Assembly: GCA_001724245.1 (NCBI GenBank)
Contig: MEDX01000078.1
Coordinates: 1 to 49,760, forward strand
Source: Fonticula-like sp. SCN 57-25
Taxonomy: Eukaryota
DNA length: 49,760 bases
Direction: 5' to 3'
A program made the position numbers and the translations under genes. Positions 11,159 to 23,800 of this stretch are shown one piece after another (the stretch's first letter is position 1; every line of letters starts with the position of its first letter). The notes below the pieces were generated by a model, which saw only the letters and a list, made by a program, of their open reading frames with translations, ran no database searches and was not told where the DNA came from.

Positions 11159-12506
11159 TCAGGTGGCTTTGCGAGCCTTGCTTGGGCCGGGCGCCGCTGC
11201 CGCCGCCGCCGCAGCGGGAAGGGACGTCCCATTGTGCTTTGCAATGAACTGGCCTGCGACGACCACATTCGAAACAAAGAAAAATACCGACGCGGCCCAT
11301 GTTTGCGCGAAAGCGGCTTCGCCGGCAATCTCGAGCTTGTACGCAAAGTTGAGCCAGACGGCCTGGGAGGCGACCCAGAGGGAGAGGATAAAGACGAGCA
11401 TGCCCCTGGACGAGTACAAGAGGTTGGAGAAGGGGAGCACGAGAGGGAGGAAGGCGATGAACCAGACAAAGTACTGCGAGGTGCAGACCTTGTTGAACGT
11501 CACAAAGATGAACGTCTCCAGGAAGAGGCTGAAGAAGAGGTCGCGGCGGTAGGCATACCCAATAAGGACCAGCAAAAGCGCCTGGGGCAAAAAGGCGGCG
11601 AGCGATACGAGGATGCTGCCGGGCTCCTCAAAGGACAGGTAAATGTAGTACCAGTAGGGAGAAAAGTTGTGGCGGTGGTCGCGGCGCACGACGTGGTACA
11701 AAAGTGACTCGTCAACAAAGGCATTGCCGTACAGGGCGTAGCAGACCCAGGTCAAGAATAGAAACACAAAGGCGCTCGTAAAGGCAAACTTTAGCCGAAC
11801 CGGCAGAAAGAGGTCCCGCGCCCAAGCCGCCCAAGTCTTGGCCTCGCGGCGCGCCACCGTCGGGTCGACGGACCGCGGATAGTCCCCGTCCAGGAAAAAG
11901 AAGATCGGCAGCGCGTAGATAATGGGATACGTCTTTAGGTGCACGGCAGCGCCAAAGAGAATAGCGCTCAGCCAAAGGCGGTTGGAGAAGAGGGCCAGAA
12001 GCGTGCCCAGGACCAGCACGGACACGAGCGACTCGGCGTTGCCGCGCGCAGAGATTACAAACACCATGGGGTTAAGGAGCCACGATGCTGTGAAGAGCAG
12101 CGTGCGGCTCTCTGGAACACGCCGGAGCTTGAGGAGGCGGTAAATCATGACACCGCATAAAAGGTCGGCGGCACAGAAAAGAAGCTTGCCAAAGAACGGC
12201 ACAAAGACATTAGGCACCATAAGCCACGCAAGCAGTGGCGTATAGCGGTATGTGGACCTGCGCGTGTCAGTGTTAGCGGCCTGTTGCGGCAGGAGGCGCG
12301 TGCGTAGCGTACCTCTGGTACGGAGACCCGCCGTGGTAGACAAACCGCGCGCCATCGGTAAATACCGAGTAGTCGATGTCGGTAAATTTTACCTGCATGG
12401 TCCTGTCCTGCCATTCGCCGTAGACGATGAGCGCCAGGCGAACTGCGGCAGCAACAAGCAGCAACCGCCGCAGCCCGCCGGCATCACCCGCACCCGCCTT
12501 ATTCAT
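11159..12506 (-). CDS. PIGM: GPI alpha-1,4-mannosyltransferase I catalytic subunit (PIG-M/Gpi14)
   Basis: Exon 1 [31 protein letters not shown], intron 12258-12312, exon 2 [68 protein letters not shown]. Confidence 0.96.
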
Positions 12507-12590
12507 GGCAAACTGCAAACTGGGTGTGCAAATTGCAATCTGAGTTGTTCTGGAGTTGTTTGCCTCGACTTGTGTTGTGCGCGAGTGCGT
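12507..12590. promoter_or_regulatory. 84-bp head-to-head spacer (likely bidirectional promoter) between PIG-M and prolyl oligopeptidase
   Basis: Divergent ATGs at 12506 (minus) and 12591 (plus). Confidence 0.5.
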
Positions 12591-15120
12591 ATGTTGTTGC
12601 GCGCCGCCGCAGCCCATCGCGTACTTTCGACAGCCACCCGAGTCGCGACCGCTTCCCCTCGCCCTTTGTTGCCCTTTTCTTCCACGCCCGCGCGCCGCCT
12701 CTTTGCTCTCGCTTGCACCCTCTCCTCTGCCCGCATGCCCACCGTGACCGAGTATCCCGCGGTCCACCGCGATGAGTCGCTCGTCGAGAGCCTTCACGGC
12801 GTCAGCGTCGCTGACCCGTACCGCTGGCTCGAGGACCCCAATGCCGAAAGCACAAAGGCATTTGTCGAGGAGCAGAACAAGGTGTTTTACAAGTACATGG
12901 CCGACATGCCCTTGCGCGACAAGGTGCGCCAGAAGCGGTGTCTAGTTAACCGGTTCCTGACGCACGCGTCTTTCACAGTTCCGCCAGCGCCTCGAGGAGC
13001 TTTACAACTATGAAAAGTTTAGCTCTCCGTTCAAGTACGGCGATCGCTACTTTTACTTTCACAACTCTGGGCTGCAGGCCCAGAGCGTCCTGTACAAGCA
13101 GCAGTCCCTGACTGGCGAGGCTACCCCCCTGCTGGACCCGAACACGCTCTCGTCGGACGGCACCGTGTCTCTGAGCTCGTACGACTTTACCGACGACGGC
13201 AAGCTGCTGGCGTACGGCCTGAGCAGCAGCGGCTCTGACTGGTCGACTGTTCACGTGCGTGACGTGGAGACGAACGAAGACCTTCCGGACAAGGTCGACT
13301 GGGTCAAGTTCAGCTCGCCCGTGTGGACGCACGACAACAAGGGCTTCTTCTACGCGCGCTACCCGCCGGCGTCCGCCAAGGACAAGGGCACCGAGACGGA
13401 CGAGAACCGCTTCCACAAGCTGTACTACCACCGGCTCGGCACGCAGCAGCACGAGGACCCGCTCATCTACGAGGCTCCCGAGCACCCCTTCTACATGTTT
13501 GGCGCGACCGTCACGGACGACGGCAACTACGTCGTGCTCACCATCTCGGAGAACACGGATCCCAAGAACATGCTCTATGTCGCCGCTCTGGAGGGCAAGG
13601 GCGTCCCCGCCGGCGGCCTTTCCTTCTCCAAGGTGGTCGACTCGTTCGAGGCCGAGTTCAGCTACATTACAAACAACGGCCCGCGCTTCTTTTTCAAGAC
13701 CAACCTCAAGGCGCCGTGCAGCAAGATCGTCACCGCCGACCTCGGCAGCGACCTGAGCGCCGCCCCGGCCTGGGCCGACGTTGTCGCCGAGTCCGACCCG
13801 CTCGAGAGCGCCCAGTGCATCGCTGAAAAGTACCTCGTCCTCACGTACCTCCGCGACGTCAAGAGCGCCGTGATGATCCACGAGCTCGAGACGGGCAAGG
13901 TCGTCCGTGAGATCCCCATTCCGATATGTGCGCGCGCCCCCCTTGACGTACGCAGTGCTGACCCGCGATCATAGGCAGCGTCTCGGGGCTCTCGGGCCGC
14001 CGCGTCGACGAAGAGTGTTTCATCCGCATCACGTCGTTTGACACGCCGAACCGCATTTTCCGCTACAACTTTGCGCAGGATGACCTCTCAGTCTTCCGCG
14101 AGACGACGTGCGCTCGCGCGCTCCCGGCCTTTTCCCGCTAACGGCTTGTGTGCAGGATCGCAGGGTTTGACAGCGCGTCGCTCCATGTGAAGCAGGTCTT
14201 TTACAACAGCAAGGATGGCACGCGCATCCCCATGTTTATTGTGCACCGCAAGGGACTCGAGCTCACTGAGCAAACGCCCGCCTTTCTGTACGGCTACGGC
14301 GGGTTCAGCATCAGCATCACGCCCGCTTTCAGCGCGGCGCGCGTTACGTACATGAACCACATGGACGGTGTCCTGGCCGTCGCCAACATTCGAGGCGGAG
14401 GGTATGCCGCTTTTTTTATCGCTTTTAAAGGTGGCTAACGAGGGGCCCGCAGCGAGTACGGCGAGACGTGGCACGAGGGTGGCACGCTTGGCAACAAGCA
14501 GAACGTGTTTGACGACTTTCAGGCGGCGGCCGAGTACCTTGTCGCAGAAAAGTACACGTCTGCGTCTCGCATCTGCATCAACGGTGGCTCGAACGGCGGC
14601 CTGCTCGTGGGCGCCTGCATCACGCAGGCGCCGCACCTGTTTGGCTGCGCCATCGCCGACGTCGGCGTCCTCGACATGCTGCGCTTCCACAAGTTCACGA
14701 TCGGGCACGCGTGGACGTCCGACTATGGCAACCCCGACGAGAAGAGCAACTTTGAGTACCTCTTCAAGTACTCGCCGCTCCACAACGTGCGCCCGGCCCT
14801 GCTCGACAAGCAGTTCCCGGCCGTCCTGCTCCTCACGGGCGACCACGACGACCGCGTCGTCCCGCTGCACTCGTTCAAGTTTATCGCCGAGCTCCAGCAC
14901 GTCCTCGGGCCCAAGCAGGACCCTGCGCGCCCGCTCGTCATCCGCATTGAGACCAAGGCCGGGCACGGCGCGGGAAAGCCGACCGCCAAAGTTGTACGTC
15001 GCCTTTGTCGCGCACCTCATTGTCGCGCCGCGCTAACAAAGAATGCCGCCGCAGCTCGACGAGGCCGCCGACCGCTTTGCCTTTATGGCGTCGGTCATGA
15101 ACATTGACTGGAAGGAGTGA
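12591..15120 (+). CDS. PREP: Prolyl oligopeptidase (peptidase S9A) with an N-terminal mitochondrial-type presequence; second Met at 12735
   Basis: [51 protein letters not shown], catalytic GGSNGG, GDHDDRV, AGHG. Introns 12924-12978, 13928-13974, 14108-14155, 14402-14452, 14994-15054. Stop TGA 15118-15120. Confidence 0.95.
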
Positions 15121-15275
15121 CGCGGCATGTTCCACTGAATTGTTTCTTTTGGTATCTATACATGTACTGTTCCATTGGTAACTATTTCATTCTCTGCAAA
15201 ACCTTGCGATTTATTGCATGCTTTTTCGCGCGTTTAAACGCGCGCAAATATAAATGAATACACGTACAAAAAACT

Positions 15276-18200
15276 TTAGTGATAAAACTGGGCGCTATCA
15301 AATGTGAGTGCAAACACGTCGTTCATCTGCTTGTACTCTACCTTGATATTCTGCGCCCCTGCCTTGGCGGCGAGCGCGCCCAGCGATGACGCCAACAAAA
15401 ACTCGCCGAAAAAGGCAAGCATATCTGCCTCGCTGCCGTGCACGTCCTTGCAGTACCACTGCATCGTGAGCGGCATGGCCACGGTGCGGTTTTCCTCGTC
15501 GATAAGGCAGTTTCGATCCAGAAACTGCGTGGAAATCTCGAGGACGCGCTCCTCAAAGTCGGCCTCATCAAATGCTTCCAAGGACGGCCTCTGCGCCGTG
15601 CAGTCGCAGTAGCAAAAGTACATGAGTCGGTGGAGCGCCCGAGGCACAAAGTCGCGGTACACCTTAACTTCGGGCTCGCTACCCCCCAGCGACACTGCCG
15701 TGCTCGGCGATGGCGTCGGCGATGCGAGCTTTTCGATCGGCGTCAGCGCTAGCGACAGGCGCCGCAGCATGACCGGCGTTGTGGTGTTTGCAAGCGACAC
15801 GCGATCTTCCGCGCAAGACATCTTTCGCGTAGCGGGGCCGGCGGCGACCGATTCATTGTCCCCTTCAATCGCGTCGTCAATCGCAATCGTCAGGTCGCGC
15901 CCGCGAGTGCCCTCGCTCACAATGGAGGACGCGGGTGGCGTCAGGCGAAGGATCGTGTACAAGATATCTGCCGACAGGGCGTAAGGGACAAAAATAAAGC
16001 AAAAAAGGCTGGCGCACCGTCCGCGCTAAACATCTCGTCGCCGATGCAGAGCGTTGGGAGGGTGCCGCGAACGCGGTCGAAAAAGGTCGGCGGATTTCCG
16101 CCATCGATGACGGCGTGAACGTTCATGCTCGTGGCCACGTTGAGGAAGAAGATGGCGCGCTCGCGCATCGAAAGCACGCTTACGTCAAAGTCCACGAGGA
16201 GCCGCGCGCTCTCGGCGTATGCCTCAAACGAAGGGTGCCCGCTGCAGGCGCGCAGGCGCGACGCGTCGTCGAGCCGAAAGTCCGCCGACACAGCGCCCGG
16301 CTGCCCCGAGAGCGCGTCAGCAACCACCGTTTATCCTTCTGGGCAAGCAAGAGAGGTGCGCACGTTAACAATAGAAGAAATAAGCATTGCTTGGCGCTTG
16401 ATGAGAAGCACGCTGTGCGAGAGGATGTGCTGCGGATGCCGCGCGACCGACACCTGGAGCGGCCTCCCGGAACCTGCCGTCCCGCTGTGGCCCATGAGCG
16501 TCGCCGAACCGGAAAAAAAGGCATTGTTGCTGCCGACGCCGATGCCCGGCTGTACTCCAAAAAATGAGCAAAAAAAATATTGGCGGTTCGAGCGCACGTG
16601 CGAGGCCTTGCGGCGCTTCTCGTCCGATTGCCTGTACCGAATAGCGTGCTCGACGCGCAGCTTCCTGGCCGTTGTCCCCAACAGCACCGCCCGCGACGCC
16701 ACCTTGCTATCTCGCGCAGTGTCCAGGTTGACGATGGACCTCAGCCGCCCTATCAGCTTGTGCGGATGGGGCTTTGACGCAACGGGCGAGTCCTCTGGCG
16801 CGGGCGTCGGCGACGGTCTGTTGCCGAGCAGCTTCACCAGCAGGAGTGCCAGCGGGTGGCCGCTGCTCGGGTCCGGCGTGCTTTCCACAATGGCGGCGTA
16901 CTCGCGAAATGCAAGCGTGAAACGGCGCCTAGAATACGCGCCACATTAGCGCGCGATTGACAAGAATGATATCGTGACTGAGCGTACCGCTGCGCAACCG
17001 GCCACGCGGCCAGTGCATGCTCGCAGCGCACTGACACCTGCATCTGCTCGCTGCTGCTCAGCATGGCAAAAAAGTGGTAGAGGCACTGTGGCGACAGCAG
17101 CACGTCGTCGAGCACGGCGCGGTTGACCGACAGCAGATCATAGATCGCCGCCACGTGGCTCTGCTGCTGCCAGTGCAGCAGACCGCGCAGCCGCAGGAGG
17201 TGTGCGCGCTCCAGGGCGCCGAGCGACGCGTCGTTCAGTTTGGCCGTCACGCACAGGAGAAGCGACGGCGAAAGACCGGATCTGTGCAAATGGGGGGGTT
17301 AGCTAGCATCCTGCAGAGTGCATCCCTCTCGTACGCGGCGGTGGGCGAGGTCGAAAAGTCGGCGACTGGCAAGACAAACGGTGTGTGGGCGGCCTCGCTG
17401 TCGATCGCCGAGTTGAGCAGGTCAGCGGTGTTGTAGAGGTACTCTGTAACCGCTTCCGGGTTGCTCAAGTCGACGTCAGCCGCAAGCCCCATGCACCGCT
17501 CAAACAGCGCGTCGTGTGGCGCTTCAAATGAATGGTACGCGTCGTCCTCGCGGTGCACAAACCGCTGGAACCCAATGGACGACGCCATGCGGTGCACAAA
17601 TGCCGCTATGCTCGGGTCGCTACCCGCCTTGTAATGAACATATTTTTCCGTCTCAAAGGAGGACTCGGCCTCGAGAGAGGGCGAGTGCGGCGTGTGATAG
17701 GACTCGCACCCCGCCAGGAGGAGCGCCATATAGCCGGTAAGCAGCACGCGGAGCCTTCCAATATCGCCTCCAGTAGCAGCGGCGGTGTCCTTTCCTGTTG
17801 ACCGCGGGAAGAGCGTGCGCCGGAGCGCGGCGGTCAGGACGCGCCTGTGCGGCTCAGGCAGCACCCCAGGGTCGTTCTGCACCGAGTCCGTTTCGAGACA
17901 AACGACCATGACGTCACCTGCCATAGAGATCGCGTGTTGTTGTACCGCGTCCGTGATCGCGCCAATAAAAAAGATGGTCGGGGCGTCGAGGATTTCGGAC
18001 ATGCTGAGCGGGAGGAGCGGGACGTACACATCCTCGTATGTGAACGGGTGCAAAAGCGAGAGCATCGCTTCGCAGAGCGGCACCAGGATGGCTGGGTTCG
18101 TGCTGTGCACCACGACCGGTGTCTGGGTTAGCAGAGCCGCAAATATTGAAAGGACTATCAAGCAGCTCGTTTCAGCGCAGGGAATGAGGCATCAGAGGGA

Positions 18201-18892
18201 CGTACCGGTATGGATGCTCAGCTGCTCAAAAAGGCTCTGAATGGCCGCGTCGCTCGCCGTGTAGAGCGTCCCTTGCCTCTCCACCAGAACAGACTCTGAC
18301 GCGAGCTTGATCTCTAGCGGCAGGAACGGCTGCGGCAGCGGCACGTCTTGCAGCAGCGAGTGGATCTGCGGCTCGAGTTTATGGGAGATTTTGCCATTGC
18401 TCGCGGCATAAAGGACGTCGAGGCACGCGTGCAGCGCGCCCCAATGCCGCCACCGAGACACGACGACGACACAGCCAAACTCGCTAGATGCGCTGGGCGC
18501 GGCCAGGCGCAGACTCGAGCAAAATAGCCGGTCGCCCAGAGCGTCGGTCAATACAAAATCTGTCACTTCGGAAGGGCCATGCTCGGGACCCCCAAGCGAC
18601 AGCGCGTCGTCATCCTGGTTCGCGTCAAATTGGAATTAGACAATGGCCCTTGTGTGTCGATCGATTGGGAAAGTAAAATGCGCACCATGTCGGGGAAGCA
18701 AAATAGGGGCACCGACCTCAATGCCGAGTCAAACGAGCTTTCCTCTAGCGCCGGGTAAAAGGTGGCAGAGGAAAGAGCAAGGCTGCTACTCAACGAGGGC
18801 GATAGATCTTCCTTTGAAACACCGCTGGTGGTGGCCGCGAACGGCAGAACCAGCACCACATGGTGTAGTAGCCGGCCGTGCTGATCGTGCAT
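15276..18892 (-). CDS. DENN-domain (Rab GEF-like) protein with a C-terminal DUF547-like domain
   Basis: uDENN-like VPLFCFPD..FVLTDALGDRLFCSSL. cDENN LLTQTPVVVHS..LLHPFTYEDVYVPLLP..LDAPTIFFIG. dDENN AFVHRM.SSIGFQRFV. Then LSMRERAIFFLNVATSMNVHAVI..FSADDILYTILR..MPLTMQWYCKD (DUF547-like). Introns 18615-18685, 18155-18205, 17282-17334, 16929-16987, 16550-16597 (in-frame, tentative), 16301-16363, 15968-16017. Confidence 0.8.
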
Positions 18893-19208
18893 GGCTCCGC
18901 TCTAAACTGTCGAATCCAAGCAATGCAAACTGCAAACTTTAATCACTTTCGGAATATGGAAAGCGAACAATAACACTGCATCTATACTTGCTCGGTAGTG
19001 TCGGAATGGGTATCTAAGCACAAGTGAATAACAAGTGAATAGGAAAGGGTACAAAATATAGCGCTTGGAGGGTGTTGAACATCAACTTCAAACATCAAAT
19101 CGTCTCAATTGGCTGTGAATTAGAGACGATTTGAAAGGTGGTCGTCACCCCGTTTGGCCTTGACTTTCCCCTGCCTGCCACCGATCGGACGTCGTGGGTG
19201 GAACCGGC

Positions 19209-20293
19209 ATGTTTTTCGCGTCCATTATCGTCCTTGCTGCGGCGTTTGTGGCCGTCCAGGTCCATCGTCGCACCAACTGGACCTGGTTCCTGTCGCGCTC
19301 CTCGCCCGCGCTCAAGCCCGGCTCGTATGTGCTGATCACTGGCTGCGACTCTGGCTTTGGCCGCCAGACGGCCATTCGGCTTGCGAGCCAGGGCTTCCTC
19401 GTACTGGCGGGCTGCCTGCAGGAGGAGAACGCACGCTCGCTTGCTACGGTGAGCAGTAACATTGATGCTTTTGTTTGCGATGTGACGATTGAGAAGGATC
19501 GCGAGGCGTGCATGGCGCGCGTCGAGCGTCTCGGCAAGGGAAAACTGTGCGCGGTCGTCAACAATGCCGGCATTAGCGACGGATACATCGCGGAATGGAC
19601 GGACTTGTCGGTGTACCGCCGCGTCATGGACATTAACTTTTTCGCCGCCGTGGCCTTCACGCAAGCGTGCCTGCCGCACCTGCGCGCCACCAAGGGGCGC
19701 GTTGTGAATCTGTCGAGCGCGGCCGGGTTCTTCCCCAACTATGGCATGGCAGCGTACACGGCTTCCAAGCACGCCATTGCGGGTACGCGTGACGTTGCGC
19801 GTTTGGTCGCTGTGTAACCTTTTTTCGCGAAGCGTACTCGGATGCCCTCCGTGCCGAGGTCGCGGACCAGGGCGTCTCTGTGTCGACCATCATGCCCGGC
19901 TTTGCCAAGACAAAGATTCTTATGAGCGGCTTTACTCAGGCCGAGCGCGTTGCTCAGCGCGGTACGTCTTGACGCTGCGCCTACTGGCCAATTTCTGTAC
20001 TAATGTGCGGCGCCATAGTTCCCATGGAAGTTACCAAGCACTACCCGAATAACATCCTTGCCGGCCTCTCGTACCAGATGGACAAGCTGCAAAAGGATGG
20101 CTCCGACCCGGAGCTCACTGTGGACGCCATCGTGCATGCTGTCACCAGCACGCACCCCAAGGCACGCTATGTGGTCGGCGTCGACGCAAATGTGCTCCGC
20201 TTTATTGCAATGCTCCCTGCGTGGATTGTCGACCGACTTGTCGTGATGATCGTCCATAGGTCAATCAAGCTGGCGGCTCAGGCGCGCTCTTGA
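19209..20293 (+). CDS. Membrane-anchored short-chain dehydrogenase/reductase (RDH/17beta-HSD6/BDH1-like)
   Basis: N-terminal hydrophobic anchor, VLITGCDSGFG, VNNAG, GRVVNLSS, catalytic YTASK, PKARYVVG. Introns 19783-19832 and 19962-20018. Confidence 0.92.
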
Positions 20294-20843
20294 AAAGAGA
20301 AGCAATGTTTTCGTACATGAAATCAAATTTTTACCAGTTTATATGAATGAAACGTTAGTACAACGCCCCGCGCTCAACCCCGGTACACGTGTACCCATAC
20401 AGAACCTAGTTGCATGGCCCTATACCGGTATGTTAGTACTGTCTATATATTCCTACTAGTGCCAGCGATGCCTTTGGATGTTGCGCTTAGGCCGCGCACG
20501 GTCCAACAGAGAAGTAAGAAGAGAAGTACCTCTGATGGCAGAGGCTGATTGCGTGAAGGGAAGTGCGTGGTGGGCCAAAAGAATCATTACGATCCACAGC
20601 CCTGACACAGCAATTCTTTATGGCCATATTGACTCATTTCAGCCGACGGCGAACATGTGAATTTTTGGTCACATAACGATTTCACACGATCGTTTTCGGC
20701 ACCTGTGATTGGCCACAATTAAACATTGAGAATATGAGAGCCTTACCGATAGTGTCTAAATCGGGTACCATCTCAATCCTGTCTCAATCGTCGAATCCGA
20801 ACAAGAAAGAGTCGTTTTTTCCTTGCCCTGGCCTGCGAACACG

Positions 20844-23800
20844 ATGCGGGGCGGCACCTGGAGCATGCGCGCGAGCGTGCTCTTGCTGCTGGCTGCCTAG
20901 CTGCTGGGAACTTGTACGATGCCGTTGAGATGTTTTAAGTGTTTTCTTGCTCACCAAAACGAAAGCAGTCGCGCAGCAAAACACGTTCGTGTCCACGTCT
21001 GATGCCACCACGACGTTGTCGTACCAAGCATCGCGAAATTTCCGCGCCGGCGCATATGCTGTTGCTTGCCAATCGTCCTGCTCTACTTTTTTTATGTATT
21101 ACGCGTACACCTGGGGAACAGGCTCTGCTCCGCAGGACGTAGCGTACTGTACTATGGATTCGACATGAGCGAGAAAGCGGTGTGGCTTTTTGTGTGAAAG
21201 GCTCTCTCGTTGCTAATACATCGACGTCTCCTTGCAGCCCGACCCGTCCAGGTTTTGCGCGTCCGGTACTCCCCAGCTTTTCCTTAGTTACGCCGACAGA
21301 TCCCGGTGGTATCCAACGTTCACGACAACTGTCACCACCGATATTCCAATCTACACTATGTACGCTGACATTGCCGCGGAAAGGCGCCAGTTCTAATCAA
21401 TGTGTACCTATAGCAACTTTGCCACGATTACGTGGAATAGTCAGCCACCCCTGACGTCTTACGTTGATCGCGTTTATTCCTCTACGTACACGTACTCTGC
21501 ACTGTACGAGTCCCTTTCACGGCACTCCCGTGCTCATGCCCGTTCTAGATTCTGGAATTACATTACGCTTACCGCCAGCTTCCTCAATGCTGCTGTTCGC
21601 CAATCAAACACCAAGGTTCGTTTCTCATTATAAATTGTGAATGTTATTATGCTAATTTTGTCTATTGGTAGATGACGATTCGAAACTTTTACCCCGCGTC
21701 CTACGAAGTGCCGTGGTCGACCCACACTACATACGGTGGTAATTTCAGGCCCTACCTTCAATTTGACTACACCACTTGCCACGTCAATGCCCAGTGCATC
21801 AATAATGTCTGTGTCTGCAACCTTTACTACTCTGGATCCGGAGCTGCGTGCACCTGTACGACACTTTTCATCTCATTGGATCACTAGTACTAATCGCGAC
21901 TGCCATATCATCAGATTCTGCTTGCGCGGCGAGGACAGCCGGCAACGCCAACTTTGGCCTTACTGCCACTGGCGTTACCGCGTACGGCACATGCGCCGTT
22001 GGCTTCTTAGCAAGCGGCGGCACTCCCACGTCTGTGTGCACCAACACAGTTTGGGGAGGTGTTTCCAACCCTTGTATTGGTACGTGAACACAGATGTTAC
22101 TTTGGAATCTTACACGTGCTCCTCCAGCGGCGACGTGCAGCGCTGACAATTCGGGATCCGTTGGCTTTGCCCGGTATCCTCTCACCAACGGCGGCAATAC
22201 CGCCACGGGCTCGTGCATCAGCGGATATACCGGATCCGCTTCCCGCCTGTGCCAGACCAACGGGCAGTGGGCCGCAACCGCTACCGTGTCGTGCAGTCGT
22301 ATCAGGTGCCCGGCCGCTTCCATGGGCAATGCCAACTTCCCGGCCACTGACAGCATGACGACCGGGAACGGAGTGTGCACCAGCGGCTACTCGGGGACAC
22401 CCACGAGCGCGTGCTCGGATTCCGGCACATGGGGCACCGTCGCCAACGCCTGCACCCGTACGAACACAGTGTTGAACCGTGACAATGCTAAGTGTGACGT
22501 GCAATAGGCATCCGATGCGTTGACTTTATGGACACTGCTAACAGCGTGAACTGGCCTACTACCGATTCTCTGCTGGAGGCTACCGGGACGTGCTTTGCTG
22601 GATTCGAAGGAGCTCCTAAGCGTATGTGCGAGGCGAACGGAGCGTGGGCTGCCGGCATTTCGGGATCGTGTGTTCAACTTGCATGCTCTGTGCAGCAGGC
22701 GTTCAAGAACGCCGACTGGCCGTCCACTCTGTCGGGAGCTACTGCGACCGGAACGTGCGTGTCTGGCTACGGCGGCACGACCCAGCGCCAGTGCAAGCTG
22801 GACGGCACCTGGTCCGATGACGTGTCGCCTGCTTGCGCGAGGAACGTCTGCCCCGCTGACACGTTCGGGAACGCGACCTGGCCCGCCAACACCCTGTCGA
22901 TGACCTCCGCGGTCGGCACGTGCGTCGCTGGGTTCACCGGCAACCCCTCGCGCGCATGCAACGCCGATGGCTCGTGGTCGTCGTCGATCACAAACCCATG
23001 TGTGCAGCTGTTCTGCCCCGTGACTCAGCTAAATGACGCCAACTGGCCGCACACTGCCGCCGGCACTGCGAATGTTTCCGGCGAGTGCGTCTCCGGCTAC
23101 AGCGGCTCGCCCGTGCGCGGCTGCGATCTGAACGGCAACTGGCAGACCGTGACTGTCCCATGCACGCGCAACCGCTGCGACGCTGTGACGGAAGGCTTTG
23201 CCAACTGGACCGCGACCGATTCGCTCACGTCGGTTTCCGCCACGTGCCAGGCCGGCTACCAGGGCAGCCCGAGCCGTACCTGCGGCGCCGATGGCACTTT
23301 TGGTGAGATCATCAACCCCTGCCAGCGCATTATGTGCAGTGCGCACAACCAGGACAATGCGCAGTGGTCAGACACTGGATCTGGCGTTCCCGCCAATGGT
23401 GTTTGCGACCTTGGCTGGACCGGCTCGCCGACGCGCGAGTGCAGCATCACGGGAACGTGGGGCTCTATCGTGTCGTCTTGCACGCGCATCACCTGCGCTG
23501 CCTCCAACGATTCGTCTGCGCAAGCGCTCTTTCCCGCGGCCAACGCAGGTGACTCGAATGTTGACGGAACTTGTTATGATAACACGTCTGGATTCCCTGC
23601 ACGCGACTGCTTCTATAACGGCACGTGGTCCGAGGTGAGAAACCCGTGCAGCACCAACCCCTGCCCCGCTCTTCTCAACAACGGCCACGCTGATTGGGAT
23701 AGCCCCAATGCCGTCGACCAGCTCGTGAATGGCACGTGCGTGGCCGGCTACGACACGACCCTGCCGCGGCCGCAGCGCATGTGCAAGGGCAATGGTCAGT

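Noticed and set aside
13921-13980. Possible 1-nt-shifted, non-canonical splicing in prolyl oligopeptidase (canonical junction gives Cys where Gly is usual)
   Set aside because: Other junctions (e.g. 22458-22507 giving CTRI) fit ordinary GT-AG splicing, so a simple substitution is more parsimonious.
20294-20843. 60-aa ORF 20478-20660 upstream of the receptor gene
   Set aside because: Short, no motif, composition typical of intergenic DNA.
20898-20900. Genome-wide reassignment of TAG to a sense codon
   Set aside because: Only one in-frame TAG among many thousands of codons, and TAG ends four genes (2464, 2663, 7114, 27273) at sensible positions. The standard code fits.
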